From NCBI GenBank assembly GCA_033765285.1, contig JANRIE010000059.1, positions 79,692 to 143,691 of the forward strand: a DNA stretch of 64,000 bases. The letters run 5' to 3'. The stretch's first letter is position 1. Every line of letters starts with the position of its first letter. Shown here one piece after another: positions 49,377-59,282 of this stretch. The notes below the pieces were generated by a model. The model saw nothing but the letters and a program-made list of their open reading frames with translations, made no database searches and was not told the origin of the DNA. The DNA is from Hyphomicrobiaceae bacterium. Lineage in GTDB: Bacteria > Pseudomonadota > Alphaproteobacteria > Rhizobiales > Hyphomicrobiaceae. Made by a program: the position numbers and the translations under genes.

Positions 49377-49576
49377 GGTGCTCCATCGGGGTGGCGAGGC
49401 TGGCGTCGCCAGGTGCATGCCGGCGATGTGGGGCACGGCTGACGAGCGCAACCAAGCCGTGTGGCACCTCTGGTCGCCATGGCGTCGGAGCGGGAAGTCG
49501 GGTAAGCGTTTCGGCCTCAATCAGGAGCGGTGTGCGGGCTTCGCCGGCGCACCACCGGCGTTCGAGGAGCTTGACC

Positions 49577-50110
49577 ATGCGCTGCCCGTACTGTGCCTGC
49601 GAGGATAGTCAGGTCAAGGACAGCCGGCCTTCGGAGGAGAACACGGCGATCCGCCGGCGACGGGTCTGCCCGGATTGCGGCGGGCGGTTTACGACGTTTG
49701 AACGCGTGCAACTTCGGGAGCTGACCGTGCTGAAGCGGTCCGGCCGCAAGGTCCCGTTCGACCGCGACAAACTGATGGGTTCGATCGCGGTGGCAATCCG
49801 CAAGCGGGAGATCGCACCGGAGCGGGTCGAGCGCATGGTGTCGGGCATCGTGCGGCAGCTCGAGGCTTCGGGCGAAACCGACATCCCCTCATCGCGAATC
49901 GGAGAACTGGTCATGGATGCCTTGCGCGGCCTCGATCCCGTGGCGTATGTGCGCTTCGCCTCCGTCTATCGGGATTTCCGGGAGGCCGCGGACTTCCAGG
50001 GCGTGCTCGGCGAGATTGCCGCTGCCGGTGGTCCACCCGCCGAAACGACGGCCGGACCGGCTGACGGCCCCGCAGAGGGCGTTGGCGGCGCAAGACCTGT
50101 CCGGCGGTGA
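49577..50110 (+). CDS. nrdR: transcriptional repressor NrdR
   Basis: [45 protein letters not shown] is the Zn ribbon, followed by an ATP-cone. Confidence 0.95.
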   Translation: MRCPYCACEDSQVKDSRPSEENTAIRRRRVCPDCGGRFTTFERVQLRELTVLKRSGRKVPFDRDKLMGSIAVAIRKREIAPERVERMVSGIVRQLEASGETDIPSSRIGELVMDALRGLDPVAYVRFASVYRDFREAADFQGVLGEIAAAGGPPAETTAGPADGPAEGVGGARPVRR

Positions 50111-50347
50111 CTGTCGATCGAGCCGGGCGAACCGCCGCAGATATCGGCGGCCGGCGCTGGGAGAGAGGCTCACAGCAAGCCGGGCGCGAACGAACACTGC
50201 GCAAGTTCAGCGAGAACCATAGAGTTGCCGATGTCCATTGTGGCTCCGACTGTTGGTCGATCGGGTGCTGCGGACGGACCCAAGTCTTGAAGCCGGAACA
50301 CGAGAGCCGTGGCCCCTTTCGAAAATCAGGACGCCTTTGACGATCAC

Positions 50348-51445
50348 ATGATGACGATCGCACTGCGGGCCGCGGAGCGCGCGTTGGGCACCACTGCGCC
50401 CAATCCGGCCGTCGGCGCGCTGGTGGCCGACGCAACGACGGGCGAAATCGTCGCGCTGGCCGCGACGGCGGCCGGCGGACGGCCGCACGCCGAGCCTGTT
50501 GCGCTGGCGGCCGCCGGGCCGCGAGCGCGGGGGGCGACGCTGTATGTCACCCTCGAGCCCTGTTCTCATTTCGGCCAGACGCCGCCCTGCGCCGCCGCCG
50601 TGATCGCAAGCGGGGTCGCCCGCGTCGTGATCGCCCAGGAAGACCCTGACCCACGGGTCAGCGGACGCGGCGTGCGCATGCTGCGCGATGCCGGTGTCAG
50701 CGTCGAGCGGCGGCGGGTTCTGCTCAAAGAGGCGCGCTGGGTCACGCGCGGGCACATCGTGCGCGTCACCGAACGGCGGCCCTTCATTCAAGTGAAGATG
50801 GCGGTCGGGCCGGCCGGGGTCATCGCGCGTGGGGCGGGAGGCGCGCCGGTCTGGGTCACGGGGCCGACGGCGCGCCAGCACGGACACCTGCTGCGGGCCA
50901 AGGCGGACGCCATCCTGATCGGGGCCGGCACGCTGCGCGAGGACGATCCGTCGCTCACCTGCCGGCTGCCGGGTTTGAGTGCGCGCTCGCCGCTGCGGGT
51001 CGTGGTGGCGGGCGGTGGTCTGCCCACGCCTGCCGCCGGCCTGGTGCAGACGGCGCGGTCGGTGCCGGTTTGGATTTTTGCCGGGCGGGAGACCATCGCG
51101 GCCGATCCCGAGCGCGCGGCCGCTCTGGCAGAGGCGGGGTGTCGCATTCTTCCGACAGACGTCATCGGCGGGCGGGTGTGGCTTCCCGCCATTGCCGAGC
51201 GGCTGGTGGCCGAGGGCATGACGCGCGTCCTGGTGGAAGGCGGCCCGCAGATGTGGCAGGCCTTCGCGCGCGCGGGGCTGGTCGACGAGGTGATCGTCTA
51301 TTGCGCGCGCGCGGCATCGCGCCAGCAGGCACGATCTGATGTTGGCGCGGCGGCGATCGCGACCTATCTTCCCGGGTTCGACATGCGTTTGCAGGATGTG
51401 CGGGACATCGGCGGCGACGAGATGCGGGTCTACCGGCGAGAGTGA
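50348..51445 (+). CDS. ribD: bifunctional riboflavin biosynthesis deaminase/reductase RibD
   Basis: MMTIALRAAERALGTTAPNPAVGALV...HAEPVAL...TLEPCSHFGQTPPC (CDA zinc motif) followed by a RibD_C domain. An alternative GTG start is at 50309. Confidence 0.92.
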   Translation: MMTIALRAAERALGTTAPNPAVGALVADATTGEIVALAATAAGGRPHAEPVALAAAGPRARGATLYVTLEPCSHFGQTPPCAAAVIASGVARVVIAQEDPDPRVSGRGVRMLRDAGVSVERRRVLLKEARWVTRGHIVRVTERRPFIQVKMAVGPAGVIARGAGGAPVWVTGPTARQHGHLLRAKADAILIGAGTLREDDPSLTCRLPGLSARSPLRVVVAGGGLPTPAAGLVQTARSVPVWIFAGRETIAADPERAAALAEAGCRILPTDVIGGRVWLPAIAERLVAEGMTRVLVEGGPQMWQAFARAGLVDEVIVYCARAASRQQARSDVGAAAIATYLPGFDMRLQDVRDIGGDEMRVYRRE

Positions 51446-51455
51446 GGCGCAGGCC

Positions 51456-52049
51456 ATGTTCACAGGGCTCATCAGCGATATCGGCACGCTCGTGGCGCGC
51501 GACGGCGGCCGCCTGACGATCGCGGCGTCCTATCCGGCAGCGTCGGTCGCGATCGGCGCGTCGATCGCTTGCGATGGCGTGTGCCTGACGGCGACCAGTG
51601 TCGCGCCGCAGGCAGCCGGCTGCCATTTCACGGTCGAAGCGTCCAACGAGACGCTGGGCAAAACCACGCTGGGCTCTTGGCGACCCGGGCTGCGGATCAA
51701 CCTGGAGCGGCCGCTCAGGACCGGCGACGAACTCGGCGGGCATGTCGTCAGTGGTCACGTGGATGGCACGTGCCGCATTCTGGAGGTGCTCGCCGATGGG
51801 ACGTCGCGCCGCTTTTTGCTGGAGGCCCCAGAGCATCTGGCGCTCTACATCGCGCCCAAGGGGTCCGTAGCGCTCGATGGCACGTCGCTGACCGTGAACG
51901 AGGTGTCCGGCTGCCGCTTCGGCGTCAACTTGATCCCCCACACCTTGACCGTGACGACGTGGGGAGAGAAAAGCCCGGGCGACGTCGTAAATCTCGAAGT
52001 CGATCTGTTCGCGCGCTACGTGGCGCGCCTCATGGAGTTTCGCCAGTGA
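51456..52049 (+). CDS. ribE: riboflavin synthase (alpha chain)
   Basis: MFTGLISDIGTL...SIACDGVCLT...GGHVVSGHVDG...SVALDGTSLTV. Confidence 0.95.
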   Translation: MFTGLISDIGTLVARDGGRLTIAASYPAASVAIGASIACDGVCLTATSVAPQAAGCHFTVEASNETLGKTTLGSWRPGLRINLERPLRTGDELGGHVVSGHVDGTCRILEVLADGTSRRFLLEAPEHLALYIAPKGSVALDGTSLTVNEVSGCRFGVNLIPHTLTVTTWGEKSPGDVVNLEVDLFARYVARLMEFRQ

Positions 52050-53209
52050 GCGCCGATGCGACGCCGAGCCCAGACCTCGATACGCAGGGCCTGCTTGTCC
52101 CCACCGAGGAGATTATCGCGGAATTGCGCAATGGGCGTATGGTCGTGCTCGTCGACGCGGAGGATCGCGAAAACGAGGGCGATCTCGTCATCCCGGCGCA
52201 AATGGCGACACCGGACGCCATCAATTTCATGGCCAAGCACGGCCGCGGCCTGGTCTGCCTGACGCTGAGCCAAGCGCGTGCGGCGGAACTCGAACTGACC
52301 GCCATGGTGCCGCAGAACCGGTCGCGCAACCGGACCGCTTTCACGGTGTCGATCGAGGCGCGCGAGGGTATTACGACGGGTATATCCGCCCACGACCGCG
52401 CCTGGACGATCGCGACGGCCATCGACGCCACCAAGGGGGCGCGCGATATCGTCTCGCCAGGCCACGTGTTTCCGCTCGTCGCCCGTGAAGGCGGCGTGCT
52501 CATGCGGGCAGGGCACACGGAAGCCTCGGTCGATCTGGCGCGGCTGTCGGGGCTTTATCCGGCGGCCGTCATCTGTGAGATCATGAACGAGGACGGGACG
52601 ATGGCCCGGCTCCCCGATCTCGTCGGGTTCGCCGCACGTCATGGCCTGAAAATCGGGACCATCGAGGACCTGATCGCCTACCGCTTGCGGAACGACCGCA
52701 TCGTCAAGCATGTCGCCAAAAGCCACGTGGTGAGCGCGTTCGGGGGCGACTTCGAACTGCACCTGTACGAGACCGTGGTCGAGCCGCTGGAGCATCTGGC
52801 GCTGGTCAAGGGCGATGTGACGGCGGAGGGACCGGTCCTCGTACGCGTGCACGCGGTCGATGCGCTGAGCGACCTCATCGGTGTCGGAGGGGGCGCACGG
52901 GCGGATGCGCAGTGCAGTGTGATCGCGGAGGCCATGCGGGCCGTCGCCGCGGCGGGACGCGGGGTCGTCGTTCTCATTCGCGATTCGCGGCCGAAGAGTG
53001 TATCGGAGTGGATGGCGCGCCGCATGGTGCCGGCGGGGGGCGATGCCGCCTCGGCCGGGCGGCGGCAACTCGAGATCGGGGTCGGTTCGCAAATCCTCAG
53101 TGATCTCGGTGTCAAAGACATGATTTTGCTGACGAACTCTCCCGCGCAGGTGTACGTGGGCCTGGAGGCGTTCGGTTTGCGGATCGTCGGAACGCAAGGT
53201 ATCAGGTAA
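52046..53209 (+). CDS. ribB: 3,4-dihydroxy-2-butanone-4-phosphate synthase fused to a degenerate GTP-cyclohydrolase-II-like domain (RibBX type)
   Basis: The GTG start overlaps the ribE stop (GTGA). The RibB domain reads RMVVLVDAEDRENEGDLVIPA...AGHTEASVDLARL. The C-terminal domain reads VRVHAVDALSDLIGVGGGARADAQ where RibA has VHSxCxTGD..RCDC, so the zinc cysteines are absent. Confidence 0.88.
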   Translation: MSADATPSPDLDTQGLLVPTEEIIAELRNGRMVVLVDAEDRENEGDLVIPAQMATPDAINFMAKHGRGLVCLTLSQARAAELELTAMVPQNRSRNRTAFTVSIEAREGITTGISAHDRAWTIATAIDATKGARDIVSPGHVFPLVAREGGVLMRAGHTEASVDLARLSGLYPAAVICEIMNEDGTMARLPDLVGFAARHGLKIGTIEDLIAYRLRNDRIVKHVAKSHVVSAFGGDFELHLYETVVEPLEHLALVKGDVTAEGPVLVRVHAVDALSDLIGVGGGARADAQCSVIAEAMRAVAAAGRGVVVLIRDSRPKSVSEWMARRMVPAGGDAASAGRRQLEIGVGSQILSDLGVKDMILLTNSPAQVYVGLEAFGLRIVGTQGIR

Positions 53210-53218
53210 GTCGAGGTC

Positions 53219-53734
53219 ATGGTTCAAAGTACGACAGGCCGGCACGCGTCCGAGCGGCGCCCGCAGGACGGCCATCTGACGGCGCACATCCTGATTATCG
53301 AGGCGCGCTTCTACGATGGTATCGCCGATGACCTGGTGGCAGGTGCCATCGCCGAGATCGAAGCGCGCGGGGCGACTTACGAGCGGATCAGCGTGCCTGG
53401 CGCGCTGGAAATCCCGCAAGTGCTGGCGGCTGCCGTAGCGGCCGGTCACATGGGACGTTCCGCCGAAGCGCCCAGGTTTGACGGCGCGGTGGCGCTCGGG
53501 TGCGTCGTTCGCGGGGAGACGGCGCATTTCGAGGTCGTGATCGAGAACGCCAATCACTGGCTGATGCAGGTCGCCACGGCCCATGCGGTGCCCCTCGGAA
53601 ACGGAATTCTGACGGTCGAAACGATGGAACAGGCCGAGCAGCGCGCCCGCGGTGGGCGCGACGGCAAGGGTGGCGACGCAGCCCGCGCCTGCCTGCGCAT
53701 GATCGAAATAGCGCGCGCGTTTCGGGGGCAATGA
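53219..53734 (+). CDS. ribH: 6,7-dimethyl-8-ribityllumazine synthase
   Basis: ILIIEARFYDGIADDLVAGAI...VPGALEIP...ALGCVVRGETAHFEVV. Confidence 0.93.
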   Translation: MVQSTTGRHASERRPQDGHLTAHILIIEARFYDGIADDLVAGAIAEIEARGATYERISVPGALEIPQVLAAAVAAGHMGRSAEAPRFDGAVALGCVVRGETAHFEVVIENANHWLMQVATAHAVPLGNGILTVETMEQAEQRARGGRDGKGGDAARACLRMIEIARAFRGQ

Positions 53735-54312
53735 GCATGTCGAGTGACAATCGCAAGCCCGGTCGCCGATCGCAGGTGCAGGCAGCCCGGCGCGGGGCGC
53801 GCATGGCCGCGGTTCAGGCCATCTACCAGATGGATATCGCCGGTACGGACGTCAGCGACGTCATCCGCGAATTCACGACGGAGCGATTTCCCGAGGCCGG
53901 CGACGAGGAGGCCGTGGCGCAGGCCGATCCGGCGTTTTTCGGTGAGATCCTGCGCGGGGTGGTCCGGCGTCAGCGCGATATCGATCCGATGATCGACCAG
54001 CAACTTGCCATCGGCTGGCGGTTGAAGCGGGTGGAGACGACGCTGCGGGCCATTCTGAGGGCTGGTGTCTTCGAACTGATCGAGCGCCACGACGTGCCGG
54101 CCAGGGTCGTCATCAACGAATACATCGACCTTGCCCACGCCTTCTTCGACGAGGACGAGCCCAAGGTCGTCAACGGCGTGCTCGACCGGCTGGCCAAGCG
54201 CCTGAGGATTGCGGAGTTCCCGTCCGCTCCGTCCGCCGAGGGCGATGAGCCGCCCGCCGCCGACCCCGTACCGGGTGGTGGTGCAAGCCGAGACGACGAG
54301 GCAAATGGCTGA
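53731..54312 (+). CDS. nusB: transcription antitermination factor NusB
   Basis: The ATG overlaps the ribH stop (ATGA). ARRGARMAAVQAIYQMDI...ILRAGVFELI...VVINEYIDLAHAFF. Confidence 0.92.
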   Translation: MSMSSDNRKPGRRSQVQAARRGARMAAVQAIYQMDIAGTDVSDVIREFTTERFPEAGDEEAVAQADPAFFGEILRGVVRRQRDIDPMIDQQLAIGWRLKRVETTLRAILRAGVFELIERHDVPARVVINEYIDLAHAFFDEDEPKVVNGVLDRLAKRLRIAEFPSAPSAEGDEPPAADPVPGGGASRDDEANG

Positions 54313-55318
54313 GCCCACCCAGGACCTGGAGCATGCCATGGTGGCGCGGCTGCTCGCGCCGCTCGCTCACGGGCTACCGGGTGCACTTGGTCTGGAAGAC
54401 GACGCCGCCGTCGTATCCGTCCCGCCGGGACATGACCTCGTCGTGACCCTCGACACCCTCAACGACGGCGTGCATTTCCTTTTCGACGGCAGTTCCGCGC
54501 AAGCGCGCGATATCGCCGCCAAGGCGCTTGCCGTCAATGTCTCGGACTTGGCGGCCAAAGGTGCCGTCCCGCACGCGTACTTTCTCTCGCTGGCCTTGCC
54601 GGGCGGCGAGTTGCCGTGGCTCGATTCGTTCGTCGCCGGCCTTGCCGAGGCGCAGGCGCAATTCGGGATGGCACTGTCGGGGGGAGATACGACACGAATT
54701 GGTGCTGGGCTTTCGATCAGCATAACGGCTCTCGGCCTGGTGCCAGCCGGTGGCATGGTGCGACGGGGGGGCGCGCGATCCGGCGATGTCCTCTACGTGT
54801 CGGGCACGATCGGGGACGCGGTTCTGGGCCTCGAATTGCGCCGCGAAGCGGCCGAAGCCGCAGCGTTGATGGAGGCTCTCAGCGAGGCGGAGGTGGTCCA
54901 GCTTCTGCGCCGGCATCTGCGACCCGAGCCGCGACTGGCACTCGCTTCCGTACTGCGGCAGTGCCAAGCGGCGGCGATGGACGTCTCGGACGGCCTCGTC
55001 ATTGATCTGGATCGAATGTGCCGGGCCAGTCGGACGGGCGCGCGACTGATGGCGGCGCAGGTGCCCCACTCGGCCGCTGCCAGCAAGGTGCTCTCGGCAG
55101 GCCTGGTGACACGCCAGCGGTTGATGACGGGTGGCGACGACTATGAGATCCTGGCGGCCGTGCCGTGTCCCATGACAGGCCGCTTCGAGGCCGGTGCCGC
55201 AGCGGCCGGAATTGCCGTCACAGCGGTCGGGGAGATGATCGCCGGAGGAGAGGTGGTCGTGCTCGACGAGGCTCTCGCGCCCATGACGTTCGTCAGTCGC
55301 GGTTTCGCGCACCTTTAG
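54305..55318 (+). CDS. thiL: thiamine-monophosphate kinase
   Basis: GLEDDAAVV...VVTLDTLNDGVHF...KALAVNVSDLAAKGA...SGGDTT... It overlaps the nusB stop. Confidence 0.9.
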   Translation: MAEPTQDLEHAMVARLLAPLAHGLPGALGLEDDAAVVSVPPGHDLVVTLDTLNDGVHFLFDGSSAQARDIAAKALAVNVSDLAAKGAVPHAYFLSLALPGGELPWLDSFVAGLAEAQAQFGMALSGGDTTRIGAGLSISITALGLVPAGGMVRRGGARSGDVLYVSGTIGDAVLGLELRREAAEAAALMEALSEAEVVQLLRRHLRPEPRLALASVLRQCQAAAMDVSDGLVIDLDRMCRASRTGARLMAAQVPHSAAASKVLSAGLVTRQRLMTGGDDYEILAAVPCPMTGRFEAGAAAAGIAVTAVGEMIAGGEVVVLDEALAPMTFVSRGFAHL

Positions 55319-55590
55319 CTGGCGTGCGCCTGTGTGCGAGCTTTTTCCCGTCGAGACTGGAACCGATTGGCCTCCACCACTGTTGCAGGTGCGAAGGACA
55401 TGCTAAATCACCAACGTTGCGTCGGCTTCGTGGCCTGTGGTTGGCAAATCGAGGCCAAAATCCGGGCGAAGTGTCTTCCTTTGGCCATATCCTTCAAGCC
55501 ACGCTGGTGGTCGGTATCGCCAACGGACATCCCATACAGGAGGGCAGCGGCGTTCTGCGGTCCACCCTCCCAAAGCAGCAGGAATCTCGC

Positions 55591-56952
55591 ATGCCAGTCG
55601 ATCGCACGCTGAAGGGCAACGGCGCGACGAGACGCGCGTTTCTGAAACGCGGCGCTGGACTAGCGGGGGCGCTCGGCGGGCTGGCGCTGCCGGCGGCGGC
55701 GCAGGCGCAGGATGCGGCGTGGTGGGAAACAATCTTCGGGTCGGGCTCACCGATCACGCGCCGCCCGCCGAACGACCGGGAGCGCCGGCAGGTCGATCTC
55801 AACGACCTGCGCGAGAACGCGACGCCGTGGCTCAGTGACGTTATGCTGGAGAGTACTCAGTCGGCGATCGAGCGCTACCAGCTCATCGTTTCCCAGGGCG
55901 GCTGGCCACAAGTGCCCGGACCGCGCCTGATGCGTCCCAACGACGACGACGAGCGTGTGCCGCTGTTGCGGCGGCGCTTGCGCGCGACCGGCGAACTGTC
56001 GGCCAAGAGCCAGTATTACGACAGCTATGGGTTCGACGGTGAACTCGAAGCGGCCGTCATTCGCTTCCAGTCGCGCAACGGCCTGAAACCTTCGGGGCGT
56101 GTCGACCGTCCCACCTTCGCGGCGCTCAATGTCACTGCGGAGATGCGGCTAGCCCAGCTTCGTCTCAACATGCGGCGCATCCAGGACTTGATGCGTGACC
56201 GCGTTCCGGATCGCTACATCCTGGTCAATGTGCCCGCTTTCCAACTCGAGGCGGTGGAAAGTTTCGAGGTGCAGCAGCGCCACCGGGTCATCGCCGGCCG
56301 CTCCGAACGCCAGACACCCGAAATTCGCGCGACGGTGCGCGCCTTGAATTTCTTCCCCTACTGGCATGTGCCCGACAGCGTCGCCAGGCTCGATCTCGTG
56401 CCGCGCATGCGCAAAGATCCGGGCTACCTGCAGCGCGAGCACATCCGGGCTTACCGGGGTGGCGACTACAATCAGGAAATTCCCCTGGAAACGATCGACT
56501 GGAACACGGTCGATACCAACCTCGTGAAGTTCCGGCAGGACCCGGGCGAGTGGAACGCGCTCGGGCTGGTGCGCATCGACATGCCGAATGCCGACATCGT
56601 CTACATGCACGACACGCCGATGAAGCAGCTCTTTGGCCAGGCGAGCCGCGGCTACTCGGCGGGTTGCGTGCGGGTGCAGGACGTCTTCGACCTTGTCGAC
56701 TGGATCGCCAAATACGAACTGGGTTGGGAGCAGCCCGGACGCGCTCGCGCCGTCGTCGATGCCGGCCAGGCGCTGGACCTGACGCTGACGCGCCAAGTGC
56801 CCGTCATTTTCGCCTACATCACGGCTTGGGGCGAGCCGGGCGGTGCCGTGCAGTTCCGTCCCGATCTCTACGATCGCGACGGCGCGCGTGAGTTCGCCGG
56901 CGACATCGACCCTGAGGACCAGCCGCAGGTGCCAATTCGCCTCGCGCCCTAA
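55591..56952 (+). CDS. YcbB-type L,D-transpeptidase with a Tat signal and peptidoglycan-binding domain
   Basis: MPVDRTLKGNGATRRAFLKRGAGLAG (RR signal), the PG-binding block LEAAVIRFQSRNGLKPSGRV and the YkuD catalytic region YMHDTP...SAGCVRV. Confidence 0.85.
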   Translation: MPVDRTLKGNGATRRAFLKRGAGLAGALGGLALPAAAQAQDAAWWETIFGSGSPITRRPPNDRERRQVDLNDLRENATPWLSDVMLESTQSAIERYQLIVSQGGWPQVPGPRLMRPNDDDERVPLLRRRLRATGELSAKSQYYDSYGFDGELEAAVIRFQSRNGLKPSGRVDRPTFAALNVTAEMRLAQLRLNMRRIQDLMRDRVPDRYILVNVPAFQLEAVESFEVQQRHRVIAGRSERQTPEIRATVRALNFFPYWHVPDSVARLDLVPRMRKDPGYLQREHIRAYRGGDYNQEIPLETIDWNTVDTNLVKFRQDPGEWNALGLVRIDMPNADIVYMHDTPMKQLFGQASRGYSAGCVRVQDVFDLVDWIAKYELGWEQPGRARAVVDAGQALDLTLTRQVPVIFAYITAWGEPGGAVQFRPDLYDRDGAREFAGDIDPEDQPQVPIRLAP

Positions 56953-56958
56953 TTTGGA

Positions 56959-57417
56959 GTGAAGTCCGCTGCCATGACGCCGATGGATCGCGCTCTGGTC
57001 GAGGCTCGTGCGGCGGGTGCGCGTGGCGAGGTTCCGATCGGGGCGGTGATCGTCGACCCCGACGGAGGCATCGTCGCCGCTGCGGGAAATCGAACCCGGG
57101 AACTCAACGACCCCACCGCCCACGCCGAGGTTCTAGCCATCCGGCAGGCCTGTGCCTCGCGCTGCTGCGAGCGGCTCACGGGATGCGATCTCTATGTGAC
57201 GCTGGAGCCCTGCGCGATGTGCGCAGCCGCGATATCCCATGCCCGCATCCGGCGGCTCTACTACGGCGCTTGCGACCCCAAAAGTGGTGGTATCGAGCAA
57301 GGTGCGCGCGTGTTTGCCCACGCGACGTGTCATCATGTGCCTGAAATCTACGCTGGGCTCGGGGACATGGCAGCGTCCGAGTTGCTCCGAGAGTTCTTTC
57401 AGGCGCGACGGTCGTGA
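56959..57417 (+). CDS. tadA: tRNA adenosine(34) deaminase
   Basis: EVPIGAVIV...HAEVLAIRQA...TLEPCAMCAAAI. Start is GTG 56959 or ATG 56974. Confidence 0.92.
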   Translation: MKSAAMTPMDRALVEARAAGARGEVPIGAVIVDPDGGIVAAAGNRTRELNDPTAHAEVLAIRQACASRCCERLTGCDLYVTLEPCAMCAAAISHARIRRLYYGACDPKSGGIEQGARVFAHATCHHVPEIYAGLGDMAASELLREFFQARRS

Positions 57418-57643
57418 TGTGCTCCCGTGCCGGTCCGGCGTGTCGCCGGAGACCTCGAGGATCGGCCCCATCCATCGGGGATTTTCGTGGCCGGCTTTGC
57501 AGGCCGGAAAAAGGCCGGCACACTCCAGTCGACGCGTGATTCGCTGGGCCGGCAGGCGGCCTGGCCTGGTTGTCGAGATGGCAGATACGGGTCTGATGCC
57601 GACCTGACGCCGCGTTTCGAAGCTCAAACGGGGGGCGAGGGCC

Positions 57644-59269
57644 ATGTGGAAGATTTGGATTGCCGTCGTGGTCTGTCTCCAGGCGGGCGCGTCGATGGGG
57701 GCGGCTCACGCCGAGGCGCAATCGGGGGCGGATGCTCCCGTGGTGCCGGCAGCCGTCATCGTGGACCCGCAGGGGCGTGACGGGCTTGCGCCACCCGTCG
57801 CCAACGACGTGCGGGAGGCTTTCGCCGATGGCGCGATCGCAGATGCGATCATGGCGATGATCGCCGAGCGCGCACCCGACGCCGACGCGGGCGAGAGCAT
57901 CGACCGGGCAGCGCTGGAGGTGTTCTACCGGGCGCGCAACGGCGCGCCGCTGTGGGTGAGCGACGAGGGTCCAAGCGAGCGGGCCCGCGCGCTTGCGGGT
58001 GAAATTGCCAACGCGGCGGCCTTCGGTCTTGATCCAGCGGCGTTTCCCCTGCCCGATTTCGCGCAGGTTTCCGGGCCGCAGGCGCTGGGGCGGGCTGATT
58101 ATGCCCTGTCGATGGCAGCGCTTGGCTATGCGCGGCATGCCCGCGGTGGTCGCATTCCCGAGCCAGCGAAAATGCTGAACTCCAATCTCGACCGCAAGCC
58201 GCAACTGCACGAGCCCGCCGATGTGCTCGTCCGGCTGGCGGCCGCCGAAGATATGGCCGGCGCGCTGGCGGCGCTGCATCCGGTGCACCCGCAGTTCGAA
58301 CTGCTGCGGCAGGCGTGGCTGAAGGAAACCGGTGGCGATGGCCGCGGTCCCCTCGCCACCAACGCTCGGCGGTTGCGCGCCAACATGGAGTTCTGGCGCT
58401 GGATGTGGGACGACCTGGGCGAACTGCATGTGTTCAACAACATCCCGGAGTTCATGCAGAGGGTCTACCTCAACGGCAAGATCGTCCGCTATGAACGCAT
58501 CGTGGTCGGTGAGATCGGCAAGCAATCCTCCGTCTACTCCCGGCAGCTAAAGTCGGTGTCACTGCGCCCCCGCTGGCGGGTGCCCGAGAGCATCATGGTG
58601 CACGAACTGTGGCCGAGCCTCATTCGCGGCGGCGGGCTCATGCGTCAGCACGGGCTGGAAATAGCGACCAAATCCGGCGAGCCGCGCGACTGGCGCAAGA
58701 TCGACTGGTCGAAGGACGACATCCGCAATTATCTCGTGTTCCAACCGCCCGGCGGGAAAAGCGCGCTCGGTTTCGTCAAGTTCAACTTTCCGAGCCAGCA
58801 CACGATCTTCATGCACGACACGCCCGACAAGTGGATGTTCAACAAACCGCAGCGTACGCTCTCGCACGGGTGTCTGCGCCTGAAGAACCCGCTGCACCTG
58901 ACCGAGATCGTGCTCGATTATGCCAAGGGATGGGACAAGGCGAAGGTCAAGGACCTCATTGATCGCGGGCCACTCGACAACGAGATCGAGATCGAAAAGC
59001 GGCTGCCGATCCACCTCGCCTACTTCACGGCGTGGGCCGACGACGATGGCTCCGTGAGGTATTTCAACGATATTTACGGCCACGAGAAGCGCGTCATCCA
59101 GGCCCTCGGCGGCGAATGGTCGAAGATCAACAAGGGCCGCGATCATCTGGCAAAGCCCGTGCCACGCTTCAATCCCGAGAAGCTGGCCCGTTCGGCCCCC
59201 GCCCAGCGCGAGACCACCGGCGACAACGCGGGCGATATCCTGAGCAACGTGTTCAAGCTGGGGTTCTGA
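57644..59269 (+). CDS. second YcbB-type L,D-transpeptidase paralog
   Basis: It has a signal peptide and the YkuD region FMHDTPDKWMFNKPQRTLSHGCLRL. Domain order matches 55591..56952. Confidence 0.85.
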   Translation: MWKIWIAVVVCLQAGASMGAAHAEAQSGADAPVVPAAVIVDPQGRDGLAPPVANDVREAFADGAIADAIMAMIAERAPDADAGESIDRAALEVFYRARNGAPLWVSDEGPSERARALAGEIANAAAFGLDPAAFPLPDFAQVSGPQALGRADYALSMAALGYARHARGGRIPEPAKMLNSNLDRKPQLHEPADVLVRLAAAEDMAGALAALHPVHPQFELLRQAWLKETGGDGRGPLATNARRLRANMEFWRWMWDDLGELHVFNNIPEFMQRVYLNGKIVRYERIVVGEIGKQSSVYSRQLKSVSLRPRWRVPESIMVHELWPSLIRGGGLMRQHGLEIATKSGEPRDWRKIDWSKDDIRNYLVFQPPGGKSALGFVKFNFPSQHTIFMHDTPDKWMFNKPQRTLSHGCLRLKNPLHLTEIVLDYAKGWDKAKVKDLIDRGPLDNEIEIEKRLPIHLAYFTAWADDDGSVRYFNDIYGHEKRVIQALGGEWSKINKGRDHLAKPVPRFNPEKLARSAPAQRETTGDNAGDILSNVFKLGF

Positions 59270-59282
59270 GCCGGGCGACAGG

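Noticed and set aside
50111-50347. FMN (RFN) riboswitch expected upstream of ribD (also checked upstream of ribA at 40649..41095).
   Set aside because: None of the conserved RFN blocks (GGGCAGGGUGAAAUUCCC, ACCGGCGGU, AGUCCGGAUG-GAGA) is found on either strand.
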